Assembly (NCBI RefSeq): GCF_035084215.1
Contig: NC_090332.1
Coordinates: forward strand, 78,058,001-78,122,000
Reading direction: 5' to 3'
Origin: Heptranchias perlo
Lineage: Eukaryota
DNA: 64,000 bases
The notes beneath the pieces are model-generated. The model had not been told where the DNA came from, searched no databases, and was given only the letters and a program-made list of their open reading frames with translations. Below are positions 50,805 to 62,769 of this stretch, piece after piece (positions within the stretch are counted from its first letter, which is position 1; every line of letters starts with the position of its first letter). A program made the translations under genes and the position numbers.

Positions 50805-52299
50805 GCTGCACTTTTGGTTGGTTGCTGCAGGAGCAGCATTGGAGGACTGCCCCTTTAAACAGGGCTCCTCCAGCTGACAGCCCGTGATGCAGGTGCGCAG
50901 TCTGCCCGCTGCACAGGTTGATGACGTGAAACCCGGGAGCCATGGTAAATGCCTTCAATTTACCCGTGATTGCGCAGGGAACAGACGGATTTTACTGGGC
51001 GGGTTACCCAGTCGCCCCCCCCCCCCCCCCCCCCCCCGGTTGCCATCCTGCCTGCCGGGTAATATTGGGGCCATGGTGTGGGTTCGCCGCTTTATTTGGG
51101 CTCCTATTGTTTTCGTTGATGGGCATATTAAATTGGGAGGATACTTGGACATAATTTGACATCAGCAAAATGGGCGCAACATTGGGTGCATTTTCTGGTC
51201 TAACTTCCGGGTTGCGCCCTAGAAGGAAACCCCAGGCCTCAATGTTTTGGGTGTTTACCATTCATCAGAATTTGTTACTGAGGCAATTTTCAGACTGGGT
51301 TGTTTCTGGAGCTAAGAGTACCCAAAAATTCTTATTGAGCCAACAGCAGTGCTATTACGATATCCTTTTTGATGCACATGGTAATCCTCTGCCCATGGAA
51401 AAAGCTTTATGGCCGTTCCCTCACCAGCAACCACTCTAACTCCAAACTTTTTCTCCTCTGACCTGCCACAACATCATGGTCACTATTGACCTGCACAACA
51501 ACTTCCTTTTACTTTCAGTGACCTTGTCCCTACAAAGTTCTTCATGGTTTCTTACTCCCAATTCTGCTCTTGCAAGTCAGAAAGCTGCAAACTTGAGTTC
51601 ACCAGGTGTACCGCTGACCTGGTTATCCACTGCTAAACCTACCTTGACCACCCAAAGAATTTATTGTATCTGCCTCTCTGTGCCAACCATTCTTACTACC
51701 TTTTATACTGTTTATCCTGGAGTAGTACGAACTTTTGGCAAGGAGTGATAGATATACAGTAAGTTCTTAAGGTAGTCCAGTCAGATCTGGGCAGTCCCAA
51801 ACTCCTCTGCTCGATGACAAACTGCCTATTCTGCCCCCTCAATTTCCACACCAAGTGTGATGAATTCATGAATTTTTTTGTTTCAAAGATTGAATCTATC
51901 TGTTCAACTGTCTTAGCCTCATCTTTCTCCTCTTCCACTGCCACCCAGCCTCCCCCTCAGTTATCCTTGTACCTCAGGCTCAATCTCATGTAACTATGTA
52001 ACTCCACTGTCTCTTCAACCTACCCCTCCCCATCAGGCTCCTCATGATCCACATGAGATCCCCCAATGGCGCTATTACTCTTCTCCCGATCCAACTTCTG
52101 ATCACACAATTACCTCTCTTTTTCCCGATAGTCATTGACATCATCAATGCCTCCCTTTCCTTAAGCATTGTTAACTGTCCTCCAAAACTGCCATTGTCAC
52201 CCTCTTCCTCAAAAAACATGCCCTCAACTCCCTCTGTCCTCTCCAACTATAGCCCCAGTCTCTAACCTCCCTTTCCTCTCTAAGGTCCTTGAGTGTCAG

Positions 52300-52750
52300 T
52301 CTTGTCCCTATGGTACCACTCTCGCCTCTAAGTCAGAAGGCCATGTTTTCAAGTCCCACTCCAAAGTCTTGAGCACGTAATCTGGGTTGACACTTCAGTG
52401 CAGTACTGAGGGAGTGCTGCACTGTTGGAGGTGTTATCTTTTGGATGAGACGTTAAACCGAGGCCCTGTCTGCCCTCTCAGATCCCATGGCATTCGTCGA
52501 AAAAGAGCACGGAAGTTCTCCTGGTGTCCTGGCCAATTTTTATCCGTCAACCAACATCACCAAAAACAGATTATCTGGTCATTATCTCATTGCTGTGTGT
52601 GGGATCTTGCTGTGTGCAAATTGGCTGCCACGTTTCCTACATTATAGCAGTGACTACACTTCACAAGTACGTCATTGGCTGTAAAGTGCTTTTGGATATC
52701 GTGAGGTCATGAAAGATGCTGTATAATTACAAGTTTGTTTTTCTTTCTTA
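52300..52750 (+). mobile_element. Full-length Deu-domain SINE (SacSINE1-like)
   Basis: tRNA-like head, GAGGGAGTGCTGCACTGTTGGAGG..GATGAGACGTTAAACCGAGGCCC core, L2-like tail; homologous to 32150-32590. Confidence 0.8.
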
Positions 52751-53093
52751 AATGTGTTGTTGCCACTACACTGCACTTACATTTCCCATCAGTTCCTGTT
52801 TGAATCCCTTTAGTCCAGTTTCCACCGTGCTCATAGTACCAAATAATTTGGCCAGTCACCGACTTTGTAACTGCGACCATGGTGCGTCATCCCTCCCTTG
52901 TCCTGCTTGACCTCTTGCGGTTGATCATTCTGCCCTACTCTGCTGTATCTCTTCCATGGTTCACCTGCTTGGCACATACCTCCTTACCTGTCCCAACACA
53001 TACAACATATCTCGTGCAATCGCTTCTCTTCTCACCCCTGCCGTAAGCGTTTCATACTTGGCGCCGTCCTTTTTCTTGTCCATATGTCGAGAC

Positions 53094-53450
53094 CAAGGGT
53101 CTCAACAGAGTAGATAGAGAGAAACTGTTCCCATTGGCGGAAGGGTCAAGGACCAGAGGACGTAGATTTAAGGTTATTGGCAAAAGAACCAAAGGTGATA
53201 TGAAGAAAAACCTTTTTACACAGCAAGTGGTTAGGATCTGGAATGCATTGCCCGAGGGGGTGATGTAGGCAGATTCAATCATGGCCTTCAAAAGGGAACT
53301 GGATAATTACTTGAAAGGAAAAAATTTGCAGGGCTTAGCGGATATTGCGGGGGAGTGGGTCTAGCTGGATTGCTCTTGCATAGAGCCGGTACGGACTCGA
53401 TGGGCCAAATGGCCTCCTTCCATGCTGTAACCTTTCTATGATTCTATGAT
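53094..53450 (+). mobile_element. Young CR1 3' end
   Basis: Very similar to 24465-24816; tail CTATGATTCTATGAT. Confidence 0.9.
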
Positions 53451-54218
53451 ATGTTGCCCTACTATCTATAGGCATGGGGGTCAGCTTCAATATGTATGCT
53501 GACAAACACCCAGCTCTATCTCTCCACTGTCACCACCCTTGACAACCACTGTGCTGTTGGACTGCTTGTCCGACATCAAGTTATAGAAGACTCAAAACTT
53601 TCTCCAATTTAATATCAGGAAGACTGAAGCCATCCCATTTGGCTCCTGCCAAAAGCTATGTAGTTTAGCCATTGATTTTGTCCCTCTTCATTGCTGCCCA
53701 CTCAGTCTGATCCCAACAATGTGCAACCACAATATCCTATTTGACCGGGCTTCAAACCCGTCCGTCACCACGACCTTCTATTTCTATCTCTGCCACATCG
53801 CTCACCTCCTTGATTACCTCACCCCTTCATTGCTGCAAACCTCATTGACACTTTTTTCATCTCCAGGCTTGACTTCTCAAATGCTCTCCTCTCTGGCCTC
53901 CTAAGTTCACCCTACATAAATTCTAACTCGACGGTCCACATCTTATCCTGCACTAGGTTCCACTCCCCTATCACCCATTCTTGCCAATCTCCACTGGCTC
54001 TCAGGTTCCCAATGCCTGAAGTTAAAAATCCTTGTCCTCATTTACAAATCCCTCCATAGCTTTGTCACACTCTACCTCTCCAACCTTCTTCAACCATATG
54101 TGTCAGCTGGTGCCCTCCACTCTTCCATTTCTGGTCTCCTTTGCATCTCCCTCCCTCCCTCTGTTTTATCTTCATTGGCAGAGCTTTCAGCCCACTCGGC
54201 CCTACATTCTGGAACACT

Positions 54219-55864
54219 GGGGGAGAAATTGGTTAAAGGTCCGTTCTGGGCGATGTTAGCACGATGCGCTAACACCCCGCGCCCGACAGACCCTGGGCAG
54301 GCAGGACGCAAGTTTGGTCCCAAGGGAGCACTTACCAGCAATCCGTGTTCCTTTCCAGGCCTTGCATGTGGAACCAATGCAATTCACACTTTCCACCACC
54401 AGGGGGAGCTCGATCTCTTAAAGGGAAGATGTTTCTGAGAAATCTCTTAAAGGTAGCTTGTACCTGTTATTTGCTGAAAAAGTGTCTGAACAGAGATCAG
54501 ACATCGCACACATAAAACACAGATGCAGATCCCATCCCTACGTTTAGGCACTGATGAGTTATGTTAAAACATTGAATAAAGGTTGCGCATTACTAAATCC
54601 CACATCCTCCAATCTGCACACCAGACCTCAGCAATCTGCCAATCTGAGAGCGCATGCACCAAGGTTCTCTGCTGATGCACGTGAGACCTTGGGTGAAGAG
54701 GTTTACAGAAGGAGGGACATCCTATATCCGCAGTGGGGTGGGGGTTGGGGGGGCAAGATGCCCTCCAGACATATACTCAAAAGACAGTGGGGGCATCGGG
54801 GGACGAAGTCAATGCCAGGCGCACAGCATCATAAACATTGATGCAGTGCAGGAAGAAGTTCAATGTTTTGACATGAGTGGGCAAGGTGAGTGAGGTCAAC
54901 TGTCAAGTGGCATCTCCTACCAACTGCACCACGCACTACACCCCCCCATCACCCACATACCAATAAACTCTTTCCATCAGTACTCAACTCTTCCCATCAG
55001 ATGCTTCCTCCCGCCCTTGCACATTACCACTGTTTCAAGCCACCCACCCACAACTCACAGGCCACACACACTAGCAGCTATTCAGCCATGACAGGCACAT
55101 CACCCAGGCACACACCTCGCTTTCTTGCAGGAGAAGGTGGCGCATATCAAGAGGCAGCAAGTGGCAGTGGCATTTAGCCCCTCAAGCCTGTTCCACCATT
55201 CAGTGAGATCATGGTGGACCTGTGACATAACTCCATATACCCGCCTTAGCCCCATATGCCTTAATACCCTTAGTTCACAGAAATCTATCAATCTCAGATT
55301 TAACATTCACAAGTGAGCTAGCATCAACTGCCGTCTGTAGAAGAGCATTCCAAACGTCTCCCACCCTTTGCGTGTAGAAGCATTTCCTAACTTCACTTCT
55401 GCCCGTCCTGGCTCTAAGTGTTAGGCTATGTCCTCGGGTCTTAATATTGAAGTCTAGGAGAGCTCCAAAAACAGTTACAAATGTCTCGTCAGCCAGAGGC
55501 AATAATCCATCCACTAACCTGTAAATCCTGCATGGTCCCTTCAAATAGCGCCGGTGGGGGGTCTTCCAGGCACTCTAAGACACGTTCAGATGGTCGGGGT
55601 TAAGACTGCATTGAGTTGAGCGTTAAGTTCCAAAATGGTGTCTATCACTTTAAATCAGCGTTGCACACTGATTGAAGCCATTTTCTTCCTACTTTACATG
55701 ATTCCAGCGTTTCTTATCTGCGCCTGCGCTAACTCCTATACCAAGATGGCATCTGGCGCACCTCACACAGGAAACGTGCATGCGCATCCAAGATGCCATC
55801 TTGGATGTCGGAGAGGCCGTGTAGCGCCGAAACAACAGTCGCTACACGGCCCAATTTAGTGCCC
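54219..55864 (+). mobile_element. Second, internally deleted Harbinger element with Myb/SANT remnant
   Basis: Termini GGGGGAGAAATTGG / CCAATTTAGTGCCC; APRFSADARETLGEEVYRRRDILYP..QCRKKFN remnant with donor GTGAGT (about 54886) and acceptor CTTGCAG|GAGAAG (about 55130); CR1 tail inserted at about 55170-55440. Confidence 0.75.
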
Positions 55865-56249
55865 GCTATCTCTAAATAACTCTCATTTTGTTCTCTCTCT
55901 TCCCACCTTCAAAAAACCTCCTCAAAACCTACCTCTTTGTTAGTGTCGTCGGCCACCTCTCCTAACTTCTGTCACTCTTCTTGATCAGATTCCAACAGTA
56001 TGCTGTGAAACAGTTTAATTACGAGCGGGAGTAGAAAAATGCAAGTTGTTCTTGTTGAGAAAAGGTTGAAAGACAAAAGGATCTAGTTCTTTGAAATGCT
56101 AAGAGGCATGAATAATGTAGATGTAAGATGGTTGTGTAATTTATACAGTAATCACAGAACTAGCAAGATTAGAAATTAGATTTTTTTCTTTCCTCAAAGT
56201 AATATATAGAAAAGACTTCCAGCCAAAGCAGTTAGTACTATATTGTTGA

Positions 56250-56456
56250 TGTGGAGATGCCGGTGATGGACTGGGGTTGACAATTGTAAACAATTTTACA
56301 ACACCAAGTTATAGTCCAACGATTTTTATTTGAAATCTACAAGCTTTCGGAGGCTTCCTCCCTCACATTTACCTGAGGAAGGAGGAAGCCTCCGAAAGCT
56401 TGTAGATTTCAAATAAAAATCGTTGGACTATAACTTGGTGTTGTAAAATTGTTTAC
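56250..56456. mobile_element. Fold-back Penelope-like mini-element with perfect 76-bp inverted repeat
   Basis: Arms 56286-56361 and 56381-56456 are exact reverse complements; 14-bp TSD TACTATATTGTTGA at 56236-56249 and 56454-56467. Confidence 0.85.
56367..56407 (+). ncRNA. Minimal type I hammerhead ribozyme motif
   Basis: Stem I AUUUAC/GUAGAU, core CUGAGGA plus extra A, stem II GGAGG-AAG-CCUCC, GAAA, GCUU with essentially no helix III; predicted cleavage after 56401. Confidence 0.7.
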
Positions 56457-56743
56457 TATATTGTTGAAATCGGAAGAGACCATTGCGATCTGCTGAGCCT
56501 GTCCCAAAATTTAAAAAACTATCTCTCAGACGCTTCCCCTGTTCTCTTTCTCTGCAACTATCTATTCAGTTCTTCTTGAATTTATTCCAAATAGATGACC
56601 AAATACTTTATGGAACACAGTGATTGTATACATTTGGGACATTGGGAATGTTGGCTATGGGATGTACTAATCTTAGCTGAATAGTGTGTGTTGTGAAGTT
56701 GGATCGCTATCCTGAAGCTTTACTCCCTCACTCTTGGGTGTCA

Positions 56744-56846
56744 ATTGTAAACAATTTTACAACACCAAGTTATAGTCCAGCAATTTTATTTTAAATTCAC
56801 AAGCTTTCGGAGGCTACCTCCTTCCTCAGGTGAACGATGTGGAACA
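56744..56846 (-). mobile_element. 103-bp Penelope-like mini-element (single arm)
   Basis: Same family as 56250-56456; 10-bp TSD TTGGGTGTCA at 56734-56743 and 56847-56856. Confidence 0.8.
56795..56835 (-). ncRNA. Minimal type I hammerhead ribozyme motif
   Basis: On - strand: GUUCAC CUGAGGA A GGAGG-UAG-CCUCC GAAA GCUU GUGAAU. Confidence 0.7.
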
Positions 56847-57144
56847 TTGGGTGTCAGGAAGCCATTTCAGAGCTTTCTTTTTTTGAAGTTTTCCCTATTG
56901 CTGTTTTCTGCCCTCAAGAGATTAAGTAGGTTGGGCAGGGTCCATGATGGGGAAAATTGTATACTGTCTATGGAGGGAACAAGCTGACGGGCCAGATTTT
57001 TTTTTCCTCATTACATACTTTCTTGTGCTTTTTTGGAAGGATATCCTTTTCTCTTTCTTCTACCTACTTTTGTTTTTAATGATTTAATGAGCTTTGTTTT
57101 TTAGGGTGTTGTTTCCTGTGTTTTGTTCCAAAACCCCTTAGATT

Positions 57145-60100
57145 TAATGTTACATTGAGTCTACAGCACAGAAACAGGCCATTCGGCCCAACTGTTCTAT
57201 GTTGGCATTTATGCTGCGCACGTGCCTCCTCCCTCCGTACTTCATCTGCTCCTATCAGCATATCCTTCTATTCCTTTCTCCTTCGTGTGCTTATCTAGCT
57301 TCCCCTTATCTATGCTAGTTGCCTCAACTACTCCTTGTGGTAGCGCATTCCACATTCTTACCACTCTGGGTTAACATGTTTCTCTTGAATTCCCTGTTGG
57401 ATTTAATAGTGACTATCTTATATTGATAACCTCCAGTTTTGGACACTTCCACATAGGGTAAACATAGAGAAATGTTTCCATATCAAACCCTTTGATTGAC
57501 TTAAAGACCTCTTTCAGGTCACCCTTCAGCCTTCTCTTTTCGAGAAAAAAGAGCCCAAGCCTGTTTGGTCTTTATTGATAAGTATATCCTCTCAGTTCTG
57601 GTATCATCCTTGTGAATCTTTTTTGCACCTTCTCCAATGCCTCTATATCCTTTTTATGATATGGAGTCCAGAACTGTGCGCAATACCCAAGGTTCTATCC
57701 AAGTTTAATATAACTTATCTGCTTTTCAATTCTATCCCTCTAGAAATGAACCCCAGTGCCAGGTTTGCCTTTTTTATGGCTTAATTAACCTGCGTTGCTA
57801 CTTTTAGTGATTTGTGTGTCCGTACCCTGAGATTCCTTTGCTCCTCTACCCCATTTAGACTCTTATTATCCAAGCAGTATATGGACTCCTTATTCTTCCT
57901 ACCAAAATGCACCACCTCACACTTATCTATATTGAAGTTCATTTGCCAATTACACACCCATTCTGCCAGTTTATTAATGCCTTCTTGCATTTTAATGCAT
58001 TCTTCCTTTGTATTAACTACATCCCCAATTTGGTGTCATCTGCAAATTTTGAACTTGTACTTCTGATTCCCGAATCCAAATTGTTGATGTAAATTGTGAA
58101 CAACAATGGTCCCAGCACCGATCCCTGTGGAATAACACTCTGAGTAGCTACCCTTAACCCCTACTCTCTTTTCTGTTTTGTAGCCAGCTTGCTATCCACT
58201 CTGCTACCTGTCCCCTGACTCCACATGCTCTGACCTTAGTCATGAGTACAATATGGTACCTTATCAAAGGCCTTCTGAAAATCCAAATATATTACATCTA
58301 CTGCATTACCCTTGTCTACTCTTTCTCTTGCTTCAAATAATTCAATGAGGTTGGTCAAGCATGACTTTCCCTTCTGAAATCCGTGCTGACTACTCTTTAT
58401 TATATTTTCATTTTCTAGATGTTTTTCTATTACATCTTTGAGTAAAGATTCCATTATCTTTCCTACCACTGACGTTAAGCTAACTGGTCTATAGTTCCCT
58501 GGACTTGTTCTATCTCCCTTTTTAAATATAGGAATAACATTAGCTGTCCACCAGTACCCTGCATCTTTCTCTTTTCTAATGAATTTTTATATATATGTAA
58601 TAATGCCTATGCTATCTGTTCCCTAATAATATATGCAGATGCAATCCATCAGGACCAGGGGTTTTATCGTCTTTAAGTTTAATTAGTTTATCAATTATCG
58701 CTCCCCTTTCTATTTTAAATATCTTCATACCTTTTTTGATCTCTTCTTCTAATGTCATACCCACCTTATTGTCTCCCTGCTAAATACTGAGGCAAAGTAA
58801 CTATTCATTATTTCTGCCATTTCGCTGTCATTACCTGTGAGTTTATCTCGTGCATCCCTTAGTGGCCCTATCCTTATCCTGATTTTTCTTTTGTTATTTA
58901 TGTGTCTGTAGAATACTTTACTATTTCTTTTTATATTCCTTAATAATTTAATTTCGTAGTTCCTCTTTCCTAATTGTTTTTTTTGCCATCCTTCCCCTTT
59001 GTATTCCTTTTTGTCATGCTCTTCTTTATTGTCTGTGTACTTAAAGTATGCCTTTTTTGTTTCAATTTTACCCTTATCTCTTTATTGATCCATGGTGTTT
59101 CATTATTGGCTAATTTATTATTTTTTTAGAGGAATATATTTCTCCTGAACTCTATTGATCACTGTTTTAAATATTTTCCGCTGCTGTTCTATCTCTTTGT
59201 CTGTCAACATTTTTCTCCAGTTTACCTTCTCTGGTTCCATTCTCATCCCTTCAAAATTAGCTTTTTTTCCAATCTATTACTTTGGTCCTTGTCTTACTTA
59301 TGTCTTTCTCAACCATTATTTTAAATCTTCTTATGTTATGATCGCTATTGCCTAGATGTTCCCCTACGCTTACTTCTCTTATCTGCTCCGGTTCATTTCC
59401 CATTACTAGATCCAGCAGTGATTCCTCTTTTGGGCTTCTCAAATATTGGTAAGAAAGGAGTCAAGTACACACAGTAAAAACATCATTCCCCTTTCCCCTT
59501 TCCCTACCTCTTGCCAGTTTATTTGGGGGTAGTTGAAATATGCCATAATTATTATTTGATGTTTTTTACTGATTTCATAGATTTGCCTACATATTTCTTC
59601 CTCCACTTCCTTTCTACTATTAGGTGGTTTGTAGAATATGCCTATTAACTGATCAATCCCTTTTTTTTCTTTGTCTCAATCTGTATGGATTCTGTTTCTA
59701 CCTTAATATTACTTATGTCCCTTTTTTCTATTGCCATTATGCTGCTCTAATTAGTACAGTTACTCCACCCTCCCTTCTTCCTTCTCTATTCTTTCTAAAT
59801 AAGTTATATCCTCCAATATTTAACTGCCAGTCCTGTTCTTTATGTAGCCATGTTTCAGTTATCCCTGCTACATCTGGCTCCTCATTACAAATTTGTATCA
59901 GATGCTGTGCACATTGCTGTACAGGCAATTCAATTTGTTTTTAATAATTGTCATTTTGTACTTATGTTCTGTAACTGTATTTGTTCCCTGACCATTTATG
60001 TTACCCTTGTTCCTTACCTTGGTCTGACCTTTACGCTCATCTCCTATTTCTTTTATCTTCAGACTTACGTTTTTTTCATCAGATTCCTCCCCTGTCTTAC

Positions 60101-60175
60101 TAGTTTAAAGTCCTATTAACAACCCTATTTATCCTTTTTCGCTAGGACACTGGGCCCATTCTGGTTCAGTTAGAG
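57145..60175 (-). mobile_element. Long decayed CR1-type LINE (endonuclease + RT)
   Basis: VAGITETWL..GYNLFRKNREGRREGGV; SLLDLVMGNEP..HLGNSDHN; [29 protein letters not shown]; WQMNFNIDKCEVVHFG; many stops and frameshifts. Confidence 0.9.
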
Positions 60176-61593
60176 CCCTTCCCAACCTATATATCATGTG
60201 TACGGTAGCAAACAGGAGCTAAATCAAAAATAAAACAATTCAGCTCCAATTTGCCATCATGGCAGATTTTGTGAATCCAGAATGAATAAAATCCTCCTAT
60301 TTGGTAGTTTATGTGTTATAATTTTGGACTTCCTAGTATTACTAATGGCGATGGAAGTTCTTGAATTGTAGCTCGGGCAATGCAGCAGGTAGAATATCAT
60401 TGCTTCCTTGTTTACCCCCCTCCAGCTGATAAAGGTACTCTGCAGTGCCATCAACAAGAGTTAGTGTCTCCTGAATGTGGCTGTGAACATGAATTTATTT
60501 TCAGTATAGCAACTAAGTGGGTTGTTTTATTAAGTGGATTTATGGTCAAATATTTATTAAATATTTGCTTTACCTACTTTCTTTTTTTCTCAAGTAACTG
60601 GTTTTGCTTCATTTCTGTTTATTGAACAACCTCTAACTATGCCATATTCTCCTAACTGGGAACTTATGGTGTGTTCCTTGATTTGAACTTTCTGTTTTTA
60701 TGTTCTGCTATATAAATTGCTGTGATGGATGTGCTAAGGTTGTGAATCACACTAAATTTGCAAACTCTTTCTTACTGGTGAGAGGTCAAGTGTCCTATAT
60801 TGTAATCTAGTGAAATATACTGTGTTTGCTCTTGCTTTTGTTTAATTTCACTTCTTAATAAGCATGATTTGTAGTTTATAGACTGAGAGATACCATCTGT
60901 CAGACTGTTGTTTGTCCATATATCGAAGAAATTGGAGAGGATCAGGCATCTTGTACTATATTCCACAAGCTTATCAGCAGCGTAAAAGATTTATCGTTCA
61001 CTTCAAGCATGCTACCTCGTAGATTACTTCAAACATAAGGTCAAGTTTAAGTTTATAGAAGTGTGGGCTTGCCTGCGGAAGTGATCCTTTGCCCTAGGCA
61101 CAAGAGAAAGTAGCAATAGAACGCCTAAATCATAACAATTGCATCAGTTATAACATGAGACAATTAAAATGCAACTAGGAATATATTCGGGCACAAATCT
61201 GGTTTTAGGTTTATTTGGTTGATCTATTGTAATCGTTTTTTGTTCCTTGTTCCTCTAATCTTCAGCAAGCTTAACTGTGAAGTAGAGAATGTATATACTA
61301 TGCAGTAGCTACAAACCTGTTATTCTATATGAGTTGTTTTTTGGATTTAGAGCACTCCTTATTACTTTATTCATAAATTAATATTTTCTGGTGAAGTTTT
61401 ATGTTCACCGAGGTGAGGAATGTCAGTGCTGGGGAATGCCAGTGTCAACATTTCAGTGTAGGTATAGATGCAGAGGTGACTTCCTTTGCCTGAGTCTCAA
61501 CAATGTATTTATACTACCCCACACCAACGTTACATTTCCGTTTTCCATACCAGCTATGTTTCTGCATGGGTAGCCTAGTGGTCATGGTACTGG

Positions 61594-62769
61594 ACAACAA
61601 CAACTTGTATTTATATAGCGCCTTTAACCTAGTAAAATGTCCCAAGGCGCTTCATAGGAGCGATTTTTGGGCCAGATACGGAGATATTAGGACCAGTGAC
61701 CTTGAATTTACCTTGACCAGGTAAATTTGAAGGAGCGTCTTAAAGGAGGAGAGAGAAGCAGAGAGGTTTAGAGAAGTAATTCCAGAGCTTAGGGCCTAGG
61801 CAGCTGAAGGCACGGCCACCAATGGTGGAGTGAAGAAAATCGGGGATGACCAAAAGGCTAGAATTGGAGAAGCGCAGAGATGTCAGAGGCGGTTACAGAG
61901 ATAAGGTGGAGTGAGGCCATGGATGGATTTGAAAACAAGGATGAGAATTTTAAAATCGAAGCCTTGCCGGACCATAAGCCAGTGTAGGTCAGTGAGCAAA
62001 GGACTGATGGGCGAACAGGACAGTACAAGTTAGGATACGGGCGGCAGTGTTTTGGATGAGCTCAAGTTTACAGAGGGTGCAAGTTGGGAGGCTGGCCAGG
62101 AGCGCATTGGAATAGTTGAGTCTAGAGGTAACAAAGGCATGGATGAGGGCATCAGCAGCAGATGAGCTGAGGCAGTGGCGGAGATGGGCGATGTTTTGGA
62201 GGTGGAAGTAGGTGGTCTTGATGCTGGAAAGGATATGGGGTTGGAAGTTCAGCTCCGGGTCAAATAGGACGCCGAGGTTGCAAACAGCCTGGTTCAGCCT
62301 CAGATAGTGGCTGGGGAGAAGGATGGAGTCGGTGGCTAGGGAATGGAATTTGTGGCCGGGACTGAAGACAATGGCTTCGGTCTTCCCAATATTTAATTGG
62401 AGGAAGTTTCTGCTCATTCATTGCTGGATATCGGGCAAGCAGCGTGACAAATCAGAGGCAGTGGAGGGATTGAGAGAGATGGTGGTGAGGTAGAGCTGGG
62501 TGTCGTCAGCGTACATGTGGAACCTGATGTTGTGTTTTCAGATGATGTCACCATGGGGCAGCTTGTAGATGAGAAATAGGAGGGGGCCAAGGATAGACTC
62601 TTGGGGGACTCCAGAGGTAATGGAGTGGGAAGAGAAGCCATTGCAGGTGATTCTCTGGCTATGACTGGATAGATAGGAATGTAACCAGGCGAAGGCAGTC
62701 CCACCTGCTGGACAATGGAGGAGAGACATTGGAGGAGGATGGTGTGGTCAACCGTGTCAAAGGCTGCAG
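61594..62769 (-). mobile_element. L2-type LINE 3' part
   Basis: [17 protein letters not shown]; NFLQLNIGKTEAIVF; LIHAFVTSRLNYSNALL; tail ACAACAACAACTTGTATTTATATAGC on +. Confidence 0.9.

Larger units (their letters stand above)
45620..51072. mobile_element. PIF/Harbinger DNA transposon, formerly autonomous, now disrupted
   Basis: Convergent DDE transposase (+) and Myb/SANT gene (-); imperfect termini GGGACTGATTTT / AATATTGGGGCC flanked by ATG on both sides (possible 3-bp TSD). Confidence 0.88.
51440..55990 (+). mobile_element. Decayed L2-type LINE carrying nested insertions
   Basis: L2 segments (GTCTCTAACCTCCCTTTCCTCTCTAAGGTCCTTGAG; ATGTATGCTGAC; TCCAGGCTTGACTTCTCAAATGCTCTC; AAAACCTACCTCTTTG) interrupted by a SINE, a CR1 and a Harbinger element. 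Confidence 0.75.

Noticed and set aside
51014-51037. Long poly-C run (and poly-G near 37015-37034) as G-quadruplex elements
   Set aside because: Simple homopolymers, the poly-C inside a transposon end; length unreliable and no supporting context
60170-61590. Unique sequence with acceptor-like sites (about 60425, 61266) as CFAP61 coding exons
   Set aside because: No frame resembling the CFAP61 N-terminus as I recall it; cannot be supported without RNA data
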